64,000 nt of DNA from an uncultured virus (IMG/VR IMGVR_UViG_3300022927_000007). Taxonomy: Duplodnaviria; Heunggongvirae; Uroviricota; Caudoviricetes. The notes beneath the pieces are model-generated. The model made no database searches. It was not told where the DNA came from and was given only the letters and a program-made list of their open reading frames with translations. A program made the position numbers and the translations under genes. The stretch lies in the IMG/VR virus record IMGVR_UViG_3300022927_000007. The stretch is one strand, 5' to 3'. Below are positions 18,730-30,700 of this stretch, piece by piece. Within the stretch, counting starts at the first letter, position 1. Each line of letters opens with the position of its first letter.

Positions 18730-21700
18730 TTATTTGGGTAGCTCCACCTTTTCTGCCTTAAAGAAACGTGCTACTAAAGTTTCCGAATCAAATAGTGTAA
18801 TTCCTGGTGTTTCTGTCCAAAGAGTACCTTGACGTCTTACAATTTGAATTTTAATTCCTTCTGCTGGTGTATTTAACAGACTTACGAATGGTGTTGTACC
18901 GTCTACACTAAATTCTGCCGCTAATGTAACATCTGCTTCTGGACTATCTTGATTAAGTGTATAATCAAAACTCTGTATTGCATTCTTACGTAGTCTGCGG
19001 CCGCCTACAAATACTTCAAACTCGTTAATGCTTATTGGCGTAAATCCAAGTTCAAACACACTAGATGTACCGTCTGCTACAATTTCATCAACAATAGTTT
19101 TATCAGCATACGGTGCTGTTTGCATCTGATTTGCATTGTATACATCACTACCTATTAAGTGTTCTGTTGGAACTCCTGTACCTAATGTACCTCTTTGAAT
19201 TTGTTTTAATGTATTGCCATCCTTGATTAGATATTCAATTCGTTCTCCGTTAACAAAAATAATTCCTGGAGTCTTGCTATTCTTATCCGGTGAACTTAAT
19301 CCATTTGCATTATCTAATACAATTTGTTTATCAAATGTATATAACGGCTCTGCAAGTTTATAAGGTTGAACATCGCCTAGACGCTTATAGATGTTTCTAT
19401 TAAGAATATCTTTAAACTGACTAAATCCAAACTTAGGTGTAATCTGTCCAACAGCACTAAACTGTATTATCTCAACAACATCGTTGTCTACAAAACTTTG
19501 TTTATATCTTAGATACTGTTTATCTGTAGTTAATGTATAATCAACACTAGGTGTTTGTAAAACTCCGTTTACTGTTAACCAAACATACTGCACTTCTACA
19601 GCAGGATATCTAAGTTTAATTAATCCATTTTTAATATGGTTAAATTGAATATAGTCTTCAGTACCAACAACCAATGTTTCTCTTGCAACAATATCGTAAT
19701 TAATTCTTTCAAATCCCATACTATCGTGCTTGTTAAATGTATAAACTGTTAGTGTTTCTCCTATCTCAGGAGCAACTTTAAGCTGTAATGTTTTACCACT
19801 GTCAACCCAAGTATTTTGATTGTTGATTTGTTGGATGCTTCCGAACGCATAATCACCGTCAGTGACAATATATGCTTCTAAAATATCGCCGTCTTTGCCA
19901 ATACCTGGTTCTAGGATAACGCTACTATTTGAAGGTCTAATATTATATTCAACTGCAATTGTTAATTCTTTGCCGTTTAAAACAAATAATACATCTGACG
20001 CATCAAAGCTACCAACTGGAGTTTGCCATATTTCTAAGAAATATTCTCTTTGTGCAGTAGTTACATCAAATTGCTGGTTATAACCAGGATTTAACAAACG
20101 GTTTCCTTGTTTGACAATAACATTATGACTATTCGGAATAGCACTGTAAGGAGTTTTTGTTAAATCAAACAACTTAGTACTTCCATCACCTACAAATTCT
20201 TCAACTTCAATCTTACTAAACGCATCTGTTTTACTATAAACAAAATAACTAACAAGACTTTGATCTTTTGGTGGAGAGCCAAAAAGTATTTGCGCCTTTT
20301 CGTTATCATCAACAAGTACAGCTTCTACTTCTCCGCCGTCAACTGTTACATAAAAATCTAATTCTTTAGAATATTTTGCTTTAGTAGTAAATGCACTAGT
20401 ACTTCCGTCTGCAACATACTGACCTTCTTCTAGTAAATCTTGTCCGTTTCCGCTAATACTTACAATGTTTATTAGTGTTCCACTCGCAGGTACAGTTTTA
20501 AATGTAACTGTTTTATTTTTGTAATTTACATCGTAAACAGTTGAAGGTTGTATTACAGAATCAAGTTTTACAATTAAACCTTTATCATTTTGAGGTTGAA
20601 TTCCAAATTCAAATACAATTTCAGTTCCGTTAGCTCTGTAAGAATTACTAGTTAGAATACTGCCGCCGGCTTCTGGTCTATGGAATACTCTAATATCAAC
20701 TGCATCTAAAATTTGTCCTGGAACTTGCTCTTCCGGTCCTTTAGATGTAGTCGGTGTTACAAATCCGTCGCCGTCTACTATAATCTCTTCTGGATTAAAT
20801 CCTCTTGCAGTATTAAACTGTAAGTCACCACCGCTTAAAATAGTATCATAAGATCTAGGATCTGGTAAGAAACTTCCGTCGGAAGTTGTTTTTCTAAATA
20901 CTAAAATGTCGCCCGAACTTAACGGTATAATATCTTCGTCAAACACAATAATAGTATCTTCTACTATATCTCCGTCATCTGTTATAGCAATTCCTGTTTG
21001 TCCTGCTCCAGTAACACTAGCAATTAATGCATTTGGATTAGTTGGATTATCTGGATAATTAGGATCATCAATTCTTACACCATTTCTATAGATGTTATAA
21101 ATTGCTCCTACTTCTAGAGGAGATCCAAAAGTTAATATTCTTGTACTGTCGTCTCCAAATTGGAAAATTTCATCTTCGAATGTTGTATCAAATGTATCGT
21201 ATGTTGAAGTAAACCACCCGTCACTATCCCAGCCAGAGCCGCCGCCAAAGTCAAAGCTAGTTACTTCGACTCCGCCGTAATCAATTCCATCTAAAAGTTG
21301 TCCTAGATCATTTCCATACATTCCTGTGTTTGGATTGTAATATAAATTAATTCTATCTTGTGCTTGCAATAAGTCAGGTGCTTTATTATATGTTACAATT
21401 ACTTCTTTATTAGCATCTAGTGCATTTGTAAATGAAATTCTACCAAAGTATCTTGTATATCCTTTTGTAGTATCCTTAACATTAGAGAAAGTATATTCAC
21501 TACGCAACGATTCAAGACCATCAATAGTAACTGTAACTTGTGTAGTTTTTAATTGCATTGGCCATTTTAAATCAATTTCTAATTGATCTAATGTTGTCGC
21601 AAATGTTTCTATTTCGCTCAGTGTTTGGAATAGATATGTTTTTGTTACTCTGTCAAATTTGCATCTAATATGTGTAGATCTTGCTTTACCGTTTCCTAGT

Positions 21701-24700
21701 ACCGGACTTAGTCTTGCTTCTGTGCCGCCGTCCTCTAATGATCCAATTATATCAATTGTCGGTTGAGACAAGTATCCACTGCCTGAATTAGTTACTAGCA
21801 CACTTGTAATTTGTCCGTTACCAACAAATGCTTGAGCAGTTGCACCTGTACCTCCGCCGCCACTAATTACTAGTTTAGGAGCACTTGTATAACCACTGCC
21901 AGCATCAGCAATGTTAATTTGTGTTAATTCAAATCCAACATTATCTAACCAATGTTTGCTAGGATATGTTGTAGTATTAGCAACACCTGCAATAATTTCA
22001 TTATTAACAACTTGAACACTCTGCGGAATAATTCTTCCTTCTTGTTCATTATACACTGGTGCTAGATCAAAATCAGTAACTACATTATTAGCCGGATCAA
22101 TTTTTTCATATGATGAAATGTATTCTCTAATTTTAGTTTTATAAGGTTTCATTTCTTCTACATAATCTTCATAACTAGATAAGTTATCATTTTGGAAAGT
22201 AACTTTTTGTTCTAGTTCACCGATGTTATGTTTAGCCTTAACAAAACTTGTTTTAAATGCCCAATCGACATTTGGTTGTTCTGAGAATACATATCTTAAT
22301 CCTGCAAAGAACATCTCATTCCAGTGAAGCTGTAATTGATCAATAAAAATGTTATCTCTAAGGATAGTAATTATTTTTCTAAATTCAGCAACGGGTTCTG
22401 TATCATAAAATATTTTATCAAAACTTGCGCCATCATATGCAACATTGTCACTTGTTACATCGTATAGAGAATCAAGTAATTCAATTGTACCGCTTTCTCT
22501 ACCAATAGTTTTATAGTTAACACTATAATCAACAGTATCTTCGTTAGCTATTTTTTCTAATAGTAACCAACCGCCAGATCCAACGTTACTAATTTTAATT
22601 ACATCACCTATATTATCTGCAAGACCATAAATTTGGTAACTGCCTTCAAGTGTATAATTGATTAATGTAAATTGATTATAACCTGTATCATACCAGTCTT
22701 TGTATTTCCAGTAAAGATTTACATCATAGCTTTGAGTAAGAACTCTTTGCCATTCACCTAATACATATTGATATACACTCCACTTACCGTTAATGGACTC
22801 ATCGCTCTTAACCAATACTGCAAATTTTCTAATAGAAATTTTAACATTATTTGTATAGTTTTTACCAGAATTAATAATCCTAACACTGTTAATTCCTCCG
22901 TTGGCGTTTAGGGTAAACTCTAACTCGCCTTCAGATCCTAGTGTATCTGTAATAATGTATGTTGGTGGGTTGATATATCCTTGTCCCGGGTCTGTAATTA
23001 AAACATTAATGATAACACCGTTTTCAATTTCAAGTTGTAAGGTAGCAGGTCTAACTTTTGCAATACTTACAAATCTTAGTTCTGCATATGAATCTGAAGT
23101 TGTATCAAATATACCTGTTGCGATAGTTGGTAAAGGATCGCTATCTGTTAATTTTGTTAAATCAAACTCGTCAACAATTAGATTGTTTGCTAATATTTTA
23201 TTTGCACGTTCAACAAATTGTTTTCTTGCTTCAGTTTTATTAATAAACCAACTCTGTCTAGGTTCGTTAAGAGATCCGTATTTTTGTTTAATTGGAAGAT
23301 TAATATCAGGCACCGGTCTATCATTAGTGTCAAATCCTACTAAACTATCAATCCATTTTTGTTCAATTGTACTATTTGGACGACTAGTTTCCAATCCGTC
23401 ACTGATTAACTGATACTGAATATGTGTATTTTGCTGTTGGTTATCTATTGTCCACCAGTTAAAACTGATCGCTATATCTTTATCTTTAATTAAAGATTCG
23501 CAGTTATAAATTGCGAATCTATTATTACTTAAGATTGCAACAAACTTAATATTTGAATTTTCTGGATTACTAATTATCCTTGAAACAGACAATGCTGATA
23601 ACTTTCTAGTTTCAATTGCCGGGATTGTTGCTTTATTCTTAACCCAGTAATAGTAATAAGTTGTAAATGTTTGTGATGCACTATTATACTTGCGTCTAAC
23701 AGAATATGCACTATCACCGTATTTTGATGTACCACTAATACCTTTAGCAAGTCCTGCTTCTGTTTCTGATTGTGTATCCCATTCACTAGGTCTTAATTTG
23801 CTCTCAACCCACTCATATACATCGACTGTAGTACCAGGGTACAACTTATTAAAGTTTGCAGTTGATTCTGTAATATCTCCCTGATGATGATTGATAAATC
23901 TAGCACTATCAATATCCCACCATAATTTACCAACCCATTTTGTACTTGTGTAATCTAATGGTTGCGGTGTTACACCTGTAGCAGTTGATATTGTATATCT
24001 TGCAGGATCGTAACTAGTTTTAAAAGATATTTCTTGTTCAGCTACACCTGCAATTTTTCCTTGGATAGGATCAATATAGTCGAGATATGCAACTTGTGCA
24101 TTATTTGTTTTGTTATAAAGATACACACCTTTAAACTTGCTAAGATCTGCAGGTAGTACAGGCGATGTTACAATTGACCAACTCGTTGAGTTCAGTGGCT
24201 TTCTAAATTCTGCAACTACACCTTTATCAACAGTATTGTTTGTTGTAACTGTTTGATCTGGTAATCCTAAATATATGTGATTATTTTTAACTTTGATAAT
24301 ATTTCCAAAGTTTTCAGTATCTCTATCATATGAAAAGTCTTGTCCGTAAAGTAGTGTGTCATTTATTGTTTCGTATATTGACACTAGTCCACTATCATTG
24401 TCAACAGTATTAAGTTTAGTTGCATCGCCGTCGAATGTTGTTAACTCAACATCAAATGTAGTATACTTAATAATATCGCCACCTTTAGAAGTAATAGCAA
24501 GAGTATTGCCATCGAAGTCTAATTTAAATCCAAATTGTGTATTATCTGTTAAATCTTTAGGACGAAGTGTTTGAGTAAATGTATATACTCCGTCTTTTAA
24601 AATATAAACGTATACTGCTCCGCCATTAAGTGAAATATCACTATTATAAGGGGCGCCGACTGCAATTTTTTTACCATCGTTAGAAACTGCAATTGAACTT

Positions 24701-27700
24701 CCGTAATTTTCGCTTAAATTAAATGGTTCTAGTAATTGACTATAAACATATTGATCATTTACTAACTTATAAACTACAACTTTTCTGTTAGGAACACTAC
24801 TATCATCAGGATTTGTATATCTAGCAGTTAATACTAAGACTTCTCCTAGTGAGCTAGTATCAAACTCTTCGCCAATCTCTTCTAAGAATTGCTGTTCTAA
24901 TGTACTTTCTGTAATAGAATAGTTTGTATCATTAGGAACATACCCTAGTAAGTCTACTCCTGAATTAATTTCTGCCCATTCTGCTAAATTAAATGCGCCA
25001 GGTGTTATATTAGTTTTTGCTTCGTAGATAGAATCTCCGAATCTTACATACTCGCCGTCAAAGTAAGTAGCGTTTACACTATGCATACCTCTATACAACG
25101 GTTCAATACCTAAATTCCAATCTTCTGTTTCGTTTTTATCAAAGAAGTAAATTCTACCTTGATTTTCTTCGGTATTATTTCCTTTAGCAAGAACAAACAA
25201 GCGGTAAGATGTTGAAGATTTCTGTACAAACTTACAACTTGCTCCTAATTTTCTAAAATTATCAGAGTTGGGAACAGTATAATAGTTAACAAGTTGATAT
25301 ATAGATCCTGTCTTTTTATAAATTGCAAATGTACCTTCAGAATCGTTTCCACTTTCATAACCTGATGTTGTTACAGGAATATTGTAAACTCTTGTCCAGT
25401 CTAAGTTTAATGAAGACGGTGTTTCTGCTGTTTCTAAAATACCGTCAATTGTGTTTGAACTGTAGTGCCAGTACTCTAAATCTCTTAGATATGTTTGATT
25501 AGGTGGAACTGGAATGTTAGTATTAGTGTCAATAACAATTAATCCACCACTAATATCATTTTCAAGATGACATGAATTAATAGGACCAATTGTTCTTAGT
25601 GTTGAATCGTTTTCTACAAACTGTGCTGTAGAGTTTTGTCCGTAGTCGCTACCAAACGCCCACTGTCCTGATTTATTTTTTAAATAAATTTTTGCTACGC
25701 CAAACGCTCGTTCAATCCATGCAACTTCTGCGGTTTCACCAGTTGCACTATCAATAAGTTGTGTTCCAATAGAAGGAATAAATGGGTTACCTGATAAGTC
25801 AAAGTTTGTTAATCTAACTTCAAGCCAACCGTTCCACTTATCAGCTACGGTATGGATTGAGTTATTAAGATAATCAAAACTTAATCCTAATACAGGTTGC
25901 GGATCTTGTACGTTACCGTTTACTCTAATTTGATTTAACCAAAAACTAACTTCGTCATTAACTGATGTATCAGTATAATGTTGTGTAGATGTTCTAAACC
26001 ACCAACGGCCATCAATTATAACCGTTCCTGTTTGTCCTTGTCTATGAGACAGTATGCCAAATTCTGAAGGAAATGTAGGAGTAGTAGTGTTTGCTAATCT
26101 CTTAATATCTAAAATATTCGTAAAGAGTGAGTTAGATCTTATTTCATTTTCTAATTTAATATCAGTTACTACTAAGTTAGCATTTGTTTCTACAAGTTCA
26201 GTTGTACTAAATTCTGAACCTACATTAATGTGCCACCATCCTGCATGATAATTGTCTGTAATTTTTAATTGTCTTTCATAATCACCAACTAACACACCGT
26301 TTTGGTAAATTGACCCTGTATCTAAAAATGCTCCGTTTAGATTGTTTAGATAGATAGTCATTTGATTTTCATCGTTTACATAACGATAAGCAATAGTTGC
26401 TTTTGCAGTATCAGTAGTAATATCACTTCCAGACTCAGGTATTGATAATGCACTTTGAATATGTACAATAGCTTCTACTTTATGAACAATTTCATGACTA
26501 CCGTTAATAAATGTTTCATTTAAAACTGAGTCTCCGTTAAACGGTGCAATTCCTGCTGATGTTGTAGTTGTATATCTATTCCATTTTAGCTCAAGTACAT
26601 CTCCGGGCTTAGTTCCTTCAAATTGTTCAGTTTGCGCTCTAATTAAAATATGATCAGCAGGCGCATCATTAATAGTATAATTTCCTCTAACCATATATTC
26701 AACATCAGGATAAGATTGATCATCGCTATCATATTCGTCAATCTTACTTTGTTGGTTTGATGCATGACTTAAGAATTGTTGTATTGAGTCAGCATCTTGA
26801 ACTTTTCTAGATTTCCACAACTGTGATCTGTACAATACAATATCATTAATGTTATAAGCTACTGTGTTTTTATAATCGCCTCTAAATTTACTCTTAACAT
26901 TAGATGCATTAGGAGAACCTATAGCAAGATATTCTCCGTCTGGTGAAATTGAAACACTTGATCCAAATCCGCCACCGGATTCAAATATTCCTGTAAATTC
27001 ATCAATTTGTTGTCTAAGGCCAAATTCAGTATTGTCGCTAGGTCTAGCAAACACATAAACACTACCATTTAAGTCTTTAGGTGCCGAAACTGCTATTGTA
27101 TTGTTATTTTCTGTAACACTGATATCAGAACCAAAATCTTTGTCTGTACTATCTAACAAACCTGCTGTAACATTTTTAATGTCTGGTTTTAATTCGTATA
27201 CTTGTTTATTTTTTAATACAATCCATTTTCCTGTATCGTCGTCATCTACCCAAATAGTGTCAGTGATAGATGTATCACCGCTTAATGAGAACGTAGTAGG
27301 TGCATCGATAATAGCATTTGCGTCTGATAATCTCGACAATCTAACTGGCTTAAAGTAAGTAACATATCCTTTAATATCATCTAACTCGGTTGATTCACCG
27401 GTTGTTGATAATGTAATCTTATTAAGATTAATCTCTGCAATTTTATAAAATCCGTCTGTGGTTTCATTAGTATCAACAACTCCAATAATGTCACCAACAA
27501 TAAAGTTTGTTTTGCGATTTAGAGTAATAGTAAAAGTGCCATTTGATGTTGCTGTTACACTTTTAATTACATAATCGGTTGTAGCGTGTTTGTATACACT
27601 CCATGTTTGTTGACTTTTATTATTAGCTGTCCAAACAAACTCACCTGTGTTTATTGCTGAAATAGATTGATCTAATATATCATCATAGTTTAGTAATGAT

Positions 27701-30700
27701 AATTTTACATCATTTGTGTTTACATATCCTGCTGTTTTTGTATAACTGTTATCATCATTAAAGTATTTTACAGGGAACGGCTTATGGTCATAATTTTGAG
27801 ATTTTACATAGACATTATTTCTAGTTAATCTATAAACAAGACTTGTATCCTGCGGATCGATTTCATTGACAAGCTCTACAGTTTGTGGTTCCATTCTGTA
27901 TCTAGCTTCATCAAAAACTATATCAAACTGATCGTCACCTGTTGTTGCTCCGTATCGTCCAATTCTTACTGCCCATTCTTCAAAAAATTCTAAGCTATCT
28001 TTATTTGCACTACCTAGTTTATCAAACAACTTAGTAAGTACATTTTTTGTTCCTTTATCTTGAATTGCGCCTTGGAAGAATTTATACTGACTTACATCAT
28101 CATTAATAATATTTTCTAAATATCTACGTTTCTGATATCCAATTAAATGCTGTGCTAAACGCTGTTGCTCTGTGTCAAAGTTATCTGAATCAAGATCATA
28201 AAAATCAGTAAACTGTTTTGCTTTATAGTCCCAGTTAGGTAATAGTTTCTGTTCTGGTTTTTCATTTAATCTAACAAAACTTCTTTCGTTGAATGTTTCT
28301 GTACCAACAACATTAACTTTTGCAACATAATAGTATTGCTTGTACTTTACCAATGCACCAATAGAATAGTCTTGCCAAGATGCCCAGTCTTCAATTTTAG
28401 CATCATCGAATATAAATCCAGGAATATTATAAGATCCGTTCCATTCGTCTGAACGATAACCTTTAACTTTAATTCTTTCTTGTCTATATCCTTGTGCTCT
28501 ATTATAGATAACATCATTAAAGACTGTTTTGTTATCTATAATAACTGCATGTTCGTGTTGTACAACAGGAACTTTTAGATGGAATATTCCATCTTCAGTA
28601 TTTTTAACATAGATACCAAAAGAGTTAGTAGTATCTCTTTCTGTAGTTGCAAAGTCAGCAAGTAATCTTTTGCCGTCAGCTTTTAATAAACTATAATCAT
28701 AAAAATTATTATAAATGTCGTCAACAACAGTATATGCCTCTGCGAACATAACCTGTCTTGCACTTGGACTTAGTGTAATAACAGTACCGGTATCCCAGTT
28801 TTGTGTAGTCCAAAACATAAATTCTTTTGCAGATAATGTCCAGTTTTCAATTTCTTCAATATTTTGGTTGAAAAGTTCAAACTTAAATCCGTTACTATCT
28901 AAGAATTTTTGATATCCAAGAATAATATCAACTACTCCTTGAATATCGCTTACTAGTGTTCCGTAAGGAATTTCAACAACTTCTCTAGTGTCAAAATTCT
29001 TAGAGAAAAATGCCTGTGCGCCGCCTTCTTCCGGAAGTTCGGCTAATTTTTGGAAGTTGTCTAAATTAAATGAGGTTCCAGAAGTATGACCAATTTTTAC
29101 TCGATAATATACATTATTATTTTCTACAATTTGTCCAACTTCATAAAACTTACCGGTGTCCCAATTTAAGAAAGATTCACTCACTCCGCCGACACGAACT
29201 AATCTATCGTTATTTTTTCTTATGACAGAATATGTTTTAAAGATTGGTAAATCTCTATCATATCCTCTAATTATATAACCTTGCGGAACAATTTCTATGA
29301 TCATTCCACTATATGAATATACATTAATTGGTATACTTTTTGTTAACTGAATTTTATAGTTTTCGTCCGGTACAAAAACATTACCTTCATTAGTAGGAGT
29401 TCTTGCATCAAGAATTAATCTAAATTTAGACTTCTGAGTAAAGCCACCAATTTTAGATGCCAATTTATTTTGTAAAGAAGTTAGTTCTTGTTGATATGTT
29501 GAAAATTTTAATGTTTCATTTTGTGCCAAGTAACCTTGAATATAATTTATTATACCTGCTGTAAATACTCTTGAACTATCAGAAGCACTATTTGGAAATT
29601 TTAATTTATCTAATCTAATTCTTTTACTAGTTTCAGTATAAACTAATTCTCCGGCTCCGTTACGCTTAATTCTACTTACATCAAATGCAATACCAAAAAA
29701 CTGTGCTGGATTATTAATTGCCCAAGATGCCATTAATGCAAATGGATAATGTGAACTACGGCGCCATGCTGTTTCAACAGGTCCTTCATCACCGAATACA
29801 TATCCGTCGCTATAACTTGAATCAAGTCCAGACAATGCTATTCCTGATAAATTAGGAGGTAACAAGTTTCCTTGATCATCTGTTGGAATGTATTTAGAAA
29901 TTAGAGTATTTTTAAATTTGTTTCTATAAACAATTTTTTCATTTGGTGCTCTAACAATACCACTAGCCATGTCTTTCCATAACAACAGATTATTTCTTGT
30001 ATATGGTGCTGTTCCGTACTCTGTATCAAACCAATCAGGTTTTTCAGTTAGTCCTAAAATTTCCCAAGGATGGCTGTGCGGTCTATCTGTATTATAAAAG
30101 TCCTTATAAATTGCTCTCCAAAAACCTGGAAGAGAATTATTTTCAACATCGGCCCATTTGTTGTAACTAAATGTAAAACCGTTAGTTCTATCAAATCGGG
30201 TGTTTGCAGAATAGTCAGGAGTTCCAACTGTTTCTAACCATCTATTAAATTCAGAAATTAATGTTCTAGCAGTGCCATAACGTGTGAAGCCTGTTTTACG
30301 TGTTCTTGTTTCGACAAAATCAGCAATATCAAACACATTTTCGTTGTACTGCTGTTTTAGGTTATCATAAATTCTTCTTTCAAAGTCTAATAGCAGTCTA
30401 TCTCTGTAATCACCATAACATTTCCATAATGACCCATCATGTCCTTGTAGCATTGGTTGTGCGCCTGGCCATGATTCAAACGAATTAATATCGATTGTTG
30501 CATGATTTGCAGAGCTCGAAGGCATAAAAAATAGCTGATTACAACCTGCAAATACATGATCGTGTGCAACTCCGGCGCCGCCGTTGGCAGTATCGTAATC
30601 AATTGCATCTGCTTCAGATGTAAACAGTGGATAGAACCAACCAACTTTACCTTTAAAACTTTGTGTAGTAGTTTCGTCTCGTCCGTATACTTTATAAGGA